Source: the human T2T-CHM13v2.0 reference genome, Homo sapiens. Taken from it: a stretch of 64,000 nt of DNA. The notes under the pieces are model-generated. The model was given only the letters and a program-made list of their open reading frames with translations, did not search any database and had not been told where the DNA came from. Location: the NCBI RefSeq assembly GCF_009914755.1, contig NC_060931.1; one strand, given 5' to 3'. Position 1 is the stretch's first letter; each line of letters begins with the position of its first letter. The position numbers and the translations under genes are program-made. This document shows, piece after piece, positions 1 to 13,049 of the stretch.

Positions 1-51
1 TTTAGATTTTGGAGCATTTCAGATCTTCAGATTTAAGAAGCTCAATGTGTA
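1..51. mobile_element. Tigger4/MER46-like DNA transposon end fragment
   Basis: ttttggagcatttcagat...gctcaa..tgta resembles a recalled Tigger-family terminus. Confidence 0.5.
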
Positions 52-271
52 ATTTCAACAAAAGACTTGAACAAAAAAAAAAATTTATGTGATACTGACT
101 AAATGTCCAATTTGTGATTTGCCAACTACCTAAAAACAAAGGGCTGAATGATTTAGTTTATTTCAGTTTAACCTTCTCAATATAAAGATTATTTAACCTC
201 TCCTTTAGTTATTCTTTAACAAACAGGTTACACAAAAAGTACAATTACTTCTACTAAATTAAATATCTTAC

Positions 272-284
272 CTGCTACCCTCAT
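272..284 (-). CDS. FAM3C: FAM3C first coding segment (exon 2): ATG AGG GTA GCA G| = M-R-V-A-(G), phase-1 donor GTAAG; the gene continues left of the window
   Basis: Minus strand reads AAACATGAGGGTAGCAG/gtaaga. This matches the recalled FAM3C N-terminus MRVAGAAKLVV. Strong Kozak A at -3; CpG-island first exon 13 kb upstream on the same strand. Confidence 0.9.
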
Positions 285-294
285 GTTTGGTTTT

Positions 295-315
295 TCAGTT
301 TATGGCACTTTTCAT
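295..315 (-). other. upstream ORF ATG AAA AGT GCC ATA AAC TGA (MKSAIN*) in the FAM3C 5'UTR
   Basis: Read directly; ends 10 nt (AAAACCAAAC) before the main ATG. Confidence 0.75.
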
Positions 316-3300
316 TAATATGCTCCTAAAAAATCAAAACAAAAAGCAAATATCATTAGCTCTAGAGCAAACATTCCTCCTTAGATTGAGTTTGAAATGG
401 GGCATATAAACTAGTAAATTTTATGACATTTCTAAGTATTATGCCAACATTGGCATTAAAAAAAAAAAAAATGGGCCTGTCTTCCACTGGACCATAAGAC
501 CTCAAGGAGGGTCTGTCTTACCCTGCTGTGTCTTCAGCTAACTGAATGACCAAAGAGTAAAAGTGTGTTATCAAGCTTGTGAATAGAAGAGAATGCCTTC
601 TTATTCTCATGGATTATGCATCTATAAGAAACTTTTGATATTTAGCTCCAAACCTTCAGTTTGCAGATGATGTCCAAAGAGGTTAAGCTGCTTATCTAGT
701 TGTGGAACAAATTATTTGTAGACATGGGGCTGGAATTGAGGTCAGCTGGCTCACTCCAGTACATGATGCCACTTCATTTTTGATATGACATAATTCAAGT
801 GCCACTACCATAAGCATTTACAGCAAGGGCTTCCGATTTCAATACCAGGGACCTCTTCATGTTTTTCGATTTAAGTTTGTAAAATAATATGTTAAGAAGT
901 ACAGAACTGCAATTTTAAATATCCCAGCAATTATCATGATTGACAGAGTAATGTTAATACATCAAATGGATCAACTGTTCTTTGATATTACTGTAAGATC
1001 AACAGGAAACAGATGCTGGAAAAAAATCTGTATGTGCATGGGTGTTTTCCTCCTAAGAAATAACTCAAAATAGGTGACATTTTGAAAAGAAAATGAAAAA
1101 ATAAGTAAGTTTAATAAGAAAGCCACATTCAAGTTTAGCTGGAGAGCTTCCACAGTCAACTCAACCTATTGTAAAGGAATGGAATTCAAAAGGAAATTTT
1201 GATGGATGAATCCCATTTGCCAGCAGTACATATCTATTTTAGATTGTATTTTGATATTTATGTTTCAATATTGTTGCCTGATCTAGTAATTCACAGAATG
1301 TGTCAAGAAAATAGTAATAATGGCACATCTCTGAAGGACACTGAAAAGAAGTGAGACATGCACTTTTTTTATTCACTGGACTAGGCAGGTGGGCTTCAGC
1401 AGGGTTCTGGGGGGCGGGGGAGTCTGGACAGCTCCCAAAAGTCCAATGCTCTTAGGCTAGCTCTCTTTCTTCTGCACAACATACCCTAAAGAAAAAACAA
1501 CACTTAAACTGAGTTGTGTGTCATTGATTTCCTTTGTTAATTATCTGAACAGCTTCCACGTAATAGAAAAAGTCAATGTTATATATCTATTTCAACTACC
1601 TAGCCACAGGCTAGGAAAATACTAAAAGGAAACAAGATACTGAAGTATCCACAAACCATCACATAAAAGCAGAAAAAAACCTCCGCTTTTTAAATGAAAA
1701 CCCCAACTGGTTATAAATCCTCTGTTGGCTTCTGGCAAAACTGAACTCAGCTTTCATAACATATACATGCTTTTCCTGCCAGCTAATTTTCCAAAATAAC
1801 TTCACTCTTATCTGAGTGTGACCTAGGAAAATTTCTTTGAAAGTGTGATAAGCAGTTACGCACCAGGTACTTGATGTTCTATTTCACTGTTTCCATGGCC
1901 TGCTCAGGCCACACCTTGCAGTGGATGCTGCATGTACCTGCCACCCATTTGTATCTCCCAACAAACCTGTTTCTAAACTCATCCCTAAGACCACAATATA
2001 AGCAATGATGATTGTCTAGCTGAATACAACTGTTTTCCATTAAAATGTCTCAGAGAATTCACATTTAGTAAAATTTCTAAATTAAAATCTCATCAAATTA
2101 AATCTCAGCCATAACATGCCTCAATTAATTTCCTTAAGAAGCAAATTAATGATTCAAGAATCTACATCAGGATAGGAGTATTGAATATATTTGAGAGCAA
2201 ATCAAGGAGCATCTATGTATGATGATAATGTGCTAATTCTAAATCATTCCTATTTGTCTTCTTAGAGGGGGCATGTAAAAGCAAAGAAAATATTTACATA
2301 CAATTATCTTGTATGGGTGAGGGAAGCAAAAACTTAATGGAAACTTCAGGCTGAAAACCATCAATAATTAAACAAGGATTGAACAGGTCCAGAGAAAAGG
2401 AGCACAATAGTAAAGGGAGAAAAAGGCCTTTGCTAGAAATTCAGAACTCTAAATCTAGAGGCAACAGGCGAAAGGGCTTATATATAAGTATGTTCATTAA
2501 AAGGTAGAAATATAGATATTAGAGCCACTTACCAAAACCAGAAAATGAGTCACAGAAGGATATTTTTAGGATGGAAAAAAAACCCCAAAACTCAACTTAG
2601 TACATTTATACATTTGCTCCAAAAAGTGTTACATAGGCCAAAATTTGTTTTAGTGTTTTTGATAAATATATGTCACTGAACCAAATCCAGTTGCTAATAT
2701 GTAAGGTTCATAATCACCTGAGATTCAACAGCAAGGACAGCCACCACAATGTCGCTGGACAATGAAACACTGCAGCTGGAAAGAGCGCCTGAACTAGGGC
2801 CTCAGATGGACGTACTAAACTTCTTTACATGGTTGACAATTTAAACATTCCTTTGGCCCCACTATCTACTCTGATCTAATTTAGTGAAGTTTTATTACTC
2901 AGGTAGAAATCAAGCTACTATGTGAATAAGGAGTCATTGTTCTAGAATAAATTAACTTCAGGAACAACAGAGTAAAATCAAAGGTCAAGTGATACTTCCA
3001 TTATTTCCTTGGGAAGTGGACTAAATCACATAAACCACAGAAACATCACTCTATATTGACAAAATTGTCATAAAAAATTATTTACCAGGAGGGGGATTTC
3101 TTGCCAGTTAACATAAACCAAGTATGAATACATACTTATGTCAGTGCAATTCACACACACCCTTATTTTATGTAATCTTCCCACCAGCCTCTAGTTGCTG
3201 GGGGCATTAAAACAGCAGCATATATGAGATCAGGGGATTTCTCTAGGGTCACATGAAGGGTAAGTAAGAAGCTCACGCTACAAACAAATCCACTTCCTTT

Positions 3301-3699
3301 TCACTCCAGCTGTTCACTGACACACTCTAATATAAGAGGCTTGTTGACAAAATGTCATGCCAATCAACTTGGCTTTTGCAAACTGCTTTGGGAATTGCTA
3401 CAAACTACCCACTCCAGCAATTCAACAGTATGGCAAAATGACTAAGCTTGGGTATTGGAACCCCTCCTTGAAATGGAAATGATACAAGAAAATTAAACGT
3501 ACAAATACACCCTTTGATGTACCTACTTAATATTAACAAACAGCACTTAATTAAACCACAGGAAAATACCACAAGTTATCCTCTACAAATAGAGAAACTA
3601 TCATTCAATTCAATCCTACTTCAACTCAGTGCTGGACAAATGACAATTTTAACCCAACCAACTTAGAAAGTTCCCATGATTCTAATAATAAGGGATTCT

Positions 3700-4067
3700 A
3701 ATAAGTAAGGGAGAATTCGCCTTCTTTGCCTATCTTTAAACTGAGACAATGCCTTCAGACTCAGACCAGACTATACCATTCATTCTCCTGGACTGTCAGA
3801 GCTTGCCAACTTGTCAGATCTTGGACTTCTCAGCATTCATAATCTCATGAGCCAATCCCTTATAATAAACATATACACACACACACACAAACACGCACAT
3901 ACAAATCATATACCTGTATATAAATGAAGCTATCTCCACATGTATTATAAGGAATATATGTCTATATATCTAGAGCTATATCTATACATACACACACACA
4001 CGCACACATATATATATATATATATATGTAATTGGTTCTGTTTTTCTATAGAACTCAGACTAATACA
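3700..4067 (+). mobile_element. MLT2 (ERVL) LTR with internal CA/TA microsatellite
   Basis: cataatctcatgagccaatcccttataataaa ... attggttctgtttttctatagaactcagactaataca is a typical MLT2 3' end. Confidence 0.75.
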
Positions 4068-4287
4068 GACCCCCTCAAGAACAGAATGTAAAAAATTAAA
4101 TTTTTATCCCCAGAGCATTTAAAGTAAAAGAGAAAAATGAGATAATACTAAAATCAAAAGAATGCTACAACTCAAAGAGTCACTAGGGTAGGTTACTCCG
4201 ATGTTGCATTTACAAACAAAAGCATGGTATTTTTTAAAAAATACTGTGTTTGCTATAAATAACTACTTTTATGTGAGTAAAACAGGG

Positions 4288-4601
4288 CAACTGTTGGCAA
4301 ACTCTTTCTATAAAAGGGCCAGATGGTAAATATTTTTAGGTTTTATGGACCATACAATCTCTACTGCAATTACGCCACTCTGCAGTTGTAGCTAGAAAGC
4401 AACCATAGCCAACATGTGAACGAATGAGTCTAATTATATTCTAATAAAGCTTTCTTTATAGACACTGAAATTTAAATTTCATAAAATGTTCATGTGTCAC
4501 AAAATTATTCTTTTGATTTTTTTTCAACCCACTTAAAAATGTGAAAACCAGTTTTGGCTTGTGGGCCATACAGGCCTAGGGGTTGTACTTTGTCAACCCC
4601 T
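4288..4601 (+). mobile_element. MER58B (hAT-Charlie) DNA transposon
   Basis: ggcaaact..tataaaagggccagatggtaaatattttagg start and ttgtcaacccct end. Confidence 0.75.
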
Positions 4602-5550
4602 AATAAAAAGAAATAAAAATATAAAATTTAAAAATAAAGGAATAAACATCTTTCCCAACCAGGCTCTAACAGTCCAACTTTTTTTGCTGGGCTACGTGTA
4701 GGACATACAACTTCCACATGGCTTTGACAGGTCCTCTTAGAAGTACTACTACAGATGTAGGACAGATGAAACAATCCTAATTTCTGTGCTCCACACGTGT
4801 TCATCAAACATTTTCATAATCTGCTCTCCACAGAAAGAAGCATAATTCCATGAGAAACAACAGAATGGATCCTCTTCAAAAGGAAGAAAAAAGTCCTTCC
4901 CATCCTGTAGATGAAGCTATCCATCTATAGCAAAGGTGGAAACAAATCTAGATGCTGTTATGTTTCCAAACCAATCCCAGGAAATGTAAAGAAACCAATA
5001 AAAATTAATCTCACTATATTACACTTCAGTAACTATAAAAATTATGTTCTTGGGAAAAAACTTACATTACTATTTCCTTTATGTGGGTGTTTATATGGGA
5101 TTATTTTTATGATAGGTTTAAAAAAAGAGTGAAGTAAATGTGCATCTAATGCTTAACAAACTTCTAAAATTCCAAATATTTAGCTTTAAAAAACCTTGTC
5201 TTTAATAACAAGTTATTACTATTGCACATGCAGACGGCTGTCAAGTACCCTGTCTCCCCTGAATGCAACTATACACACATCTTTGCAAAGCTGGCTACAT
5301 TTTTGAAATAACAAAATGGAAAGGAATAAGATGACTGCATTCATTTGAAAAAATATTAACATTTAAAAACTCAGTAGGATATCTGAGCTGCTATCATTGT
5401 GTTAGAAATATTGTAAATTTAACAAAATTTGGTGTTTTTAACACTAAAGGCTTGAAAGAAAAATCTAGTTACTAACTTGAGAAAGTATTTAATACTAGCA
5501 GGATACCGAATCCTAGAAGGTACACTCTTTTAAAAGAAACCACCATTTTA

Positions 5551-5551
5551 A

Positions 5552-5584
<33 letters not shown>

Positions 5585-5587
5585 ACT
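5551..5587. repeat. (CA)n microsatellite
   Basis: Direct reading. Confidence 0.95.
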
Positions 5588-7601
5588 CCTGTTGTACAGC
5601 TTCAGAGGTGGGTATGACTTGATCACAAATAAAGGGAGATTTTTACATGACTACCAGCAACTAGAAAAGTATCCCAGATTTTTAAAGAATCAAGCTAAAC
5701 TCACATTTTGAAAAGGGAAAAAAAGGAACAAAAACAAAATTGGGGGTGTGGGGAGAGGTGATCCATATGAATTCTATAATACTAGGAATGACAAATTTTT
5801 CAAAAGATCACCAATGATTATGATGTAAATGTATCCACTCCTTCTGCAAAGTGTCCCCCAAAAAGCAACAGACCAAAAACTTATAAACAATGGGTCAAGT
5901 GAACCAATAAGAGTTTTAAAATAAATGTTTAATGTTCTATTGAAAATCTTGGGAAAAGAATACAGATGATCTATGCCTAGATTTTTGACAGTTTTCTGAA
6001 TCAACATCATCTGGCTTTTCTTATTTTCTTAAGTAGCATCATATTGAAATTACATTTAAAAGAGAACATCTAAATGTGGCTAAGAAACAGAAATAGAATT
6101 AGAAGTATACTATGGAAAAGCACAAATGAGCCAGAAAGTGTTTTTAAATTTCCCCTAGAATGTTAACCAATGCCAGATATGAAGCAAATTGGGATTATAC
6201 TAGGCAAGTTCAGCTTTCCTCCACAATCCACCATAAACTGCTCTACCTTGTTTTTCATTTGGCGCTCCTGACAGTGAATGGAGAAAAACACTTCGGAAAA
6301 CTTCTATCTACAGCAATTTAGATAAAACTCCATTCTTCTAAGAATGAAATTGGTAAAATATAATACCTGCTTCTCCCTCCACTTAAAAACAGGTTAGCAA
6401 AAGTGCTCAGCTAAATCATGAAAGTGCCCCATCTAGGCCAACTTTTACCCAAAGACTTAGTGTAGGGAGAGGCAGCCAAGCCTGACAGGCCATACACACT
6501 ACATTCTGAGAACATAAGTATTCCAACATGATTCATCTCAATGTTAAGAATTTCATAGTACAACCCCCTTAAATCAATGTGAATTAGCTAAAGAGACCTA
6601 CAGTTATTCTTTTCAGAAATCTGGTATTTAGTGGATCAACAAGTATTTAACCATGTCTTCCAAAAACACTTCAAGGAGCTAAAAACTAAATGGATCTGAG
6701 CTCTTCTGCTCCTCTATACCCAAATATAACATGGCTAGGCAACTTTTTCCTAAAAAAGATATTTTGTTTTCCAAGCTACTACTACTGAAGGAAGCACCTT
6801 AAGCAGGTGGGGTTGCTCTTCACTGAATTCTCATTAATGGGGAAAGATTTGTTCTAACCTACAGATAAGCCCTCATTCAGTACCCAATATGCCACTACAG
6901 CATTTCTGAGTTGGCAGCCAGAGTTCAGGTTTACACTGACACAGATTTGGTGTTTACCCCAAATATTGCCATTACATCCTACCACTACTCAGTACAAGAT
7001 GCTATGCGGCTGGTATATATGTGTATAATCACCTAGCTGGCATTAATGAGGGCTGTGGACTCTCTAACAGGAAAGTGGCAAAAAAAAAAAAAGGTAGACA
7101 TCAAATGATTATGCCACACCTTACTATTTCAGTGGACTATAATTACAAAACAGGAATCACTGAAGTACAAGGAGGATAGAAATCAGACTTCTGAACTGAG
7201 CCAGCAACATCTAAATGACTGGAAATGAGTAGGATGAAATTAATATGGGGCCAAACTGGAGTCTATTACACCCCCATATACACCTAAGTTGCATTTTAAA
7301 ACAAAGTCATCAGTACAATTTTCATTACAAATAGATGTCAACTAAGGACACCTTATATAAACTCCTCATTGCAATCAAATAATTTATATGGTAAAAGATC
7401 TGAAGAACTGTTGCTTTGTAATTTTTTAAAATCTCATATCTGCTATGCTTCATAATAACCTGTTAAGATAATAAGAGGAACCTCTGGTTGCCAGGCACTT
7501 AATACCCTATTTATTTTAACTAAACTCATTTTGCATCTTGCTTCCCTCATTTTAACTAAACTCAGGATAAGGCTTACAACCACATTTTTATTTCTTAGTA
7601 G

Positions 7602-7891
7602 TGAAACCACCATTGCAAAATTATAACTGAAATGGTGAAAAAGATCTGACCTAACCAACTCCATCTTGCTTCTAACCTCCAGGTTGTCCTTGTTCATTCC
7701 TGGGCATAGGCCATAACTTTGGGAGGAACTTAGTTTATAGTTTAAAACAAAGATGGTAACAGCCCTTTCCCAAAACAAACCTCCTTCTTGCCTGGGGACT
7801 AGACTGCCTTTGTAGGACTAACAAATTAGCCACAAGATTGGAAATTAGGGCTTAGGAGTCATGCAGCTGAAAGCTACCAGATTCTGACCCT
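7602..7891 (+). mobile_element. LTR8 (HUERS-P1, ERV1), 5' ~290 bp only
   Basis: tgaaaccaccattgcaaaattataactga...actccatcttgcttctaacctcc matches the recalled LTR8 start; similarity stops abruptly after attctgaccct. Confidence 0.8.
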
Positions 7892-7949
7892 TACCATCTG
7901 TGGCGTCATAGATTCAATGAAACATCATATGTTCTTTGAACCTCTTACT

Positions 7950-8125
7950 ACAGGGTTACCTATAGCATGCACACCAGAATTACTAGTGTGTTTTTTAAAA
8001 TGCAAACTCCTGAGCCAACTGCATACCTGGAGAATCAGAATCCCTAGGAGTGGGATTAAAGCTCTTGCATGTTTAATAAGCTCCCCAGATGACTGTCATT
8101 CGTGCTCAGATCTGAGAGCTTCAGA
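7950..8125. mobile_element. MER5A-like hAT element
   Basis: aaaatgcaaactcctgagcc...gaatcagaatccctagga...aataagctccccagatga. Confidence 0.6.
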
Positions 8126-8170
8126 TCTACAGCACACCAATCCACACACACAGGAAAGGCTGTGTGGGGC

Positions 8171-8197
8171 GGGGGGGGGGGGGGGGGGGGGGGGGGG
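8171..8197. repeat. poly-G run (27 nt)
   Basis: Direct reading. Confidence 0.95.
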
Positions 8198-9107
8198 AAG
8201 GTAAGGCAGATCTAAACCAAAAAAGTTCAAAAGTAAAATTCACATGACAAGATTTTTCATTCTTTCTGGAACAGTCAACCTGCCACCAGAATGGGTCTTC
8301 AGTTTTGGTGGGCAACAGATAAATCCAGAGAAAATGTGGTGAGGAATAAATAATCAAGAACTCCTGTTTGCAGGGGTTAAACCAGAGTACTAGATTTAAT
8401 ATTACTCAAATGTTTTCTTGCAGTTTTTATTATCTACCAAAGCAGAATTTTGCTTAAAAAGTTATAATCCACTTAACGAAATGAAATGGTGACTGGATTT
8501 CTGCAACCAAGACCACAAACATACCCAAAACAGAAAACAAGACAGAACTCTACAAAATGACATTCAGTTTTGCCTGCTATGAGTTCTACAATTGTTTAAA
8601 CACTTGTGATCTAAGCTACCTTAATCCTATAGTACACCATCCAGGGAGAGATGGATAGATGAATGAATGGATGGACAGAAAGAAATAGCTATTCTTAGAA
8701 ACAATGACAACAATAAAATGAAATATATTAACTGTTAGAGGTTGAACATAAATGGGGTAATGAAGTGTCCCACTCATAAACTGCTAAAATGAGATTAGAG
8801 AAAGGTACACATTTACATACAGTAGAACTGCTATCTTCATCTCATGTAACTATCTCACATTGTACTAGATGAGAAGTTATAGGTTCCTGTTCTACGTGTT
8901 TAAGAATTCCCTTAGGTATCCACTCTACTTATGCTGTTTTGAAGTAGTCTGCAGAATTTAAGTGCACCAGGGTAGACATAATTCCATCAGTCACACCCTC
9001 CAAATGAAGACATGGAGAAACAGAATGGTTCCATCGCCCAAGGGTCCTGGATGAAATGCAGTATTGGCACACCATTTGTACCACAAAAACTGAATGAGAA
9101 TTAGCAC

Positions 9108-9500
9108 TGCTGAAGTAAATTAAAATGGAAACCATGCCTGAAGAATCCCCGAGCAGACAAAACCAATTAGGCCTCATAAGTGACATCAACCTCACTTGAT
9201 TTGCAAACATAAGCAAAATATGAAGTTACTTCTTATAAATGCCTATGCTAAAGAAAAAGAGAACTTAAGCTTAATCAATCAGAAACATCCAACAAACTTC
9301 TAATTACATATCTAGGGGACCTTCCAACACGACAGACCAAATAAAACAACTGTATAACTGCAGCCAATCAAATATTTTCTTTGCTTTACATCTGTGACCC
9401 TCCTATAAAAGCCTCCCTCCTGGATTCCCCTGGTGGAGCTCCCAGATCTGGTTTGGAGCTGCTCAATTCATGAATTGTTTGTTCAAATAAACTCTAAAGA
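9108..9500 (+). mobile_element. LTR47-like solitary LTR
   Basis: gcctgaagaatccccgagcagacaaaaccaattaggcctcataagtgac...tataaaagcctcc...aaataaactct; homologous copy at 43161-43587. Confidence 0.7.
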
Positions 9501-9532
9501 TGCTTCTATTGTAAAATTTTGTGAAAACGTAT

Positions 9533-9889
9533 TGTATTAGTCCGTTTTTGCACTGTTATAAAGAAATACCCAAGACTGGGTAACCTATAAAGGAAAGAAG
9601 TTTAACTGACTCACAGTCCCACATGGCTGGGGAGGTGTCAGGAAACTTACAATCATGGAGGAAGGCTAAGGGGAAACAGACACCTTTTTCACAAGGCAGC
9701 AGGAGAGAGAAGAGAGAGAGTGCAGGAAAAACTTCCATTTGTAAAACCATCAGATCTTGTAAGAACTCACTGTCACGAGAACAACATGGGGGAAGCCGCC
9801 CTCATGATGCAATCACTTCCCTCCCTCGACACACAGGGATTACAATTTGAGATGAGATTTGAGTGGGGACGCAGAACCAAACCACACCA
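9533..9889 (-). mobile_element. THE1/MST (MaLR) solitary LTR with perfect 5-bp TSD CGTAT (9528-9532, 9890-9894)
   Basis: tgtattagtccgtttt...ccaaaccacacca termini; TSD read directly. Confidence 0.9.
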
Positions 9890-10089
9890 CGTATCAACTG
9901 AACCAACTTAAAAATCCATTTTTGTTGACCTTGCGTCTTTCAAAACTCATTTAACAATCACTTAACTGCAAGTAATGAATGATATGTTAGGTAGCACACC
10001 TGACACCATAACACTACCTTAGCAAGCCTTGTAGAGATTATGACGAAAATCAATTTAGAGATGTTCATATAACTTTCTGAATAGCACAC

Positions 10090-10820
10090 AAAAATTTAAC
10101 AAATGAATAAACAAAATGCAGTACGTATCAACGAAATGATATATATGTAATGTGGTGTATATGAATGGAATATAGAATGGAATATTACTCACCCTTAAAA
10201 AGGAATGAAGTACTGATACCTGCTGATTTAGAGGACGAACCTCTAAAACATGCTAAGTGAAAGAAGCCAGACACAAAAGAACACATATTGAATTATTCAA
10301 TTTTTAGGAAAATCCAGAATAGATAAATTTATGGGGGCAGAAAGCAGATCAGTGGTTGCCGAGGATTGGCAGGGAGAAGGGAATGAACAACTGCTTAATG
10401 AATATGGGGTTTCCTTTTGGGGTGATGAAAATGTTTTAGAAACGTGACGGTTCATAACATCATGAACGTGCTAAATGCCACACTTTAAAATGGAAAATCT
10501 GGCTAGGCATAGGGGCTCATGTCTGTAATCCCAGAGCTTTGGGAGGCTGAGGTCGAAGGATCACCTGAGGGCAGATTTGGCCAGCCTGTGCAAAATAGTA
10601 AGATCCCGTCTTTTAAGAAAAAAAATTATAAAATTAGTCGTGTGTGGTGGCACATGCCTGTAAACCTAGCTACTCCACAGGCTAAGGTGGAGTTCAAGGC
10701 TACAGTGAGTTATGATCACACCACTGCACTCCAGTCTGCAGAACAGTGGGGTACCCTGTCTTTGTAAATAATTTAAAAATAAAATGAAAAATTCTGTTAC
10801 AGGAATTTAATTTAAAAAAG
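10090..10820 (+). mobile_element. old L1M 3' end interrupted by an AluJ-type element (10501-10780; TSD aaaatggaaaatct / aaaatgaaaaattct)
   Basis: L1M 3'UTR motifs (aatggaatattact, ctaagtgaaagaagccagacacaaa, ttttggggtgatgaaaatgtt) on both sides of a diverged Alu. Confidence 0.75.
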
Positions 10821-12474
10821 AAAATTGGAAGAAAAAACTCACTGAAGTTAGAAAAATCATGAATAGCGGATTTTCAAAATTAGATTAAAAATAAGGGAAA
10901 TATAAGAATAGCTTCAATCAAATGGAGCAGGCCAATGAAGAAGAAAAAGAATATTAATGGGTACACTGGAAAGACTTAGGGGTATTACAACACTTAATTT
11001 CCTCCTCTGAGAGGAAGTCAGCCGATTGTGTCTCAAAGAATTGCATTAAAAGAAAGTACAAAACCTTTTAAAAGTTCAAAGATTTTGGGAAATTACCTGG
11101 TTCAGTCTACTCAATCAGATTAAAAAGGACTGCATGATATTAAGTAATTTAGTCAATGCCACTCTTGAAATAACTAAATACAGAATCAATGCTTCAAATC
11201 CTGATCATCTGATCCCAAGAACAGAGACGCTTCTGGACTAAATTCAAGACAAACTTTTGCTATTATACCAAGGTCGCACAAAAATCTATCTAGCTCAGCG
11301 CTAACATAAAAATCTTTTGCTATTTGGGTCTTGCACCTTTCAGCTTTAAGAAATGGGCATAAAAATAAAAATAAAAAAGATTCCCTGCTTTAGAGAAAAT
11401 AAAGTAGCTTTGTGAGTGCCCAGGCTGTCTTATTCATAGTATCCATGATATCTACAATTACTGGTACATGGTAGGCACTCCAGTATTTTTAAGAGTATAA
11501 AAATTTTTGAAAAATGAATCGTTCAAAACCTAAAATATATGGTGGAAAATATATGAGTCTTCTGATACCCCCTCAGGGAACATTACTTTTTGCCATTCCA
11601 TAGCCTCTTAGCCTTTTGGCTGTCTTTTCCAATTTCCTTTTCCTTTTTAATGTATCTTCATAAATTATGAAAGATTAGTTGACAATGCTTAAGGCAGCAA
11701 TCCACATTAAAAATCTGTAATTGTAATAAAACATCCATTAAGTTTATTTTTAAAGTCACTTTAAGCCAGTAGTGTCTTATTTTTACTCCCTTTTGAAACA
11801 GAAGCCCCTTACAATGAGGATTTTGAGGAACCTGTCCTGTGTCCCTCTTACAAAGTTCCCATTGGTAATTCAGAGAGGTCCTCAGGTTGAGAACTGCTGG
11901 ACTGAACTCCTTTTATTGGCTCCAACTCTTCTTATTTCTTCCTATGAAGAAATGCTAGTCTTTATTGAGTTGAGAAAACATTACAAGAATCTGTGAAACA
12001 AAGCTTCTAATACCTGTATAAAACTGAAAACCTTGTGACTTTATTGGTAAACAGCCAAGAAACACAAGAGACTACTAGTAGCCTCTAGAAAGAGGTACAG
12101 GTCGATGAAGTGACCAAAACCGGATGCTGATTTGCTGATTCTGCCAATTTCTTGTTAAATGGCTTTCAGTAAGTGATTAACTTTTATTTTCTAAATTCAA
12201 TAGAGATCTGCTGGTACTCTGTAAGATACTGTATGACTAATAGTAACGGTTCCCAAGACTTAAGAAAACGTAACTGCAAATTGGCCACAAGTCCAAGGGG
12301 TCGGGGCCTCTGCTATCAGCATTGACCTTTACTCTCGGGAGTTCATATTTCCATCTGTAAAACTAGAAAAGATAAAGGGACTTATTCACTGAGCTGTTGT
12401 GAGAATAAATGAGCACACGAAACCATTTGGCAGTGCCTAGTACACAGTAAGCAATCTAATATTATTTATGTCAT

Positions 12475-12666
12475 TGTATCCATATATATATGGATACATA
12501 CATATATATGGATACATGGATACATACATATATACGGATACATACATATATATGGATACATACATACATATATATGGATACATACATATATATGGATACA
12601 TACATATATATGGATACATACATATATATGGATACATACATACATATATATATATGGATACATACA
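12475..12666. repeat. 18-bp minisatellite (CATATATATGGATACATA)n starting from a perfect 24-bp palindrome
   Basis: About 10 imperfect units; 12475-12498 TGTATCCATATATATATGGATACA is self-complementary. Confidence 0.9.
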
Positions 12667-12720
12667 CCTGGCTAATTTTTTTATTTTTTAGTAGAGACGA
12701 GGTTTCACCATGTTGGCCAA
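12665..12720 (-). mobile_element. Alu fragment (middle linker region)
   Basis: cacctggctaattttt..ttttagtagagacgaggtttcaccatgttggcca. Confidence 0.8.
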
Positions 12721-13049
12721 AAAGAAACAAAGGAAAAGTCCTATCAATTAGATAGCAGTTCTATATTACAGGCAATAATATTTTTTCTTAAAAAAAAAAA
12801 AGGTAGAGGATGATGGAAACCGCTCCTCCCACAAGTAAAACAGCTGGAGCTCTCAATCTCAAATTGCCAATCCGTCACTCACATATTCAGATCTAGGGCC
12901 ACTAATCATCATCCGTGGTCCCGAGCTGTGAGAGCAGTAGCAAACAAATAGGAAGAAAAAGAAGAGACACCAAACATCAAAGGGCTGGATAGCTTGTAAA
13001 AAACCAAAAGTACCTCTAGTATAGGCGACACTAAAACTTTACAAGTGAG

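Larger units (their letters stand above)
272..325 (-). other. FAM3C: FAM3C exon 2 (54 nt: 41 nt 5'UTR + 13 nt CDS)
   Basis: Acceptor ttttgattttttag/GAGCAT at 326-327 preceded by a pyrimidine tract; donor GT at 271-270. Confidence 0.88.

Noticed and set aside
12437-12755. Repetitive ORFs (MYPYIC, YIHIYG)n
   Set aside because: Translations of the 18-bp minisatellite.
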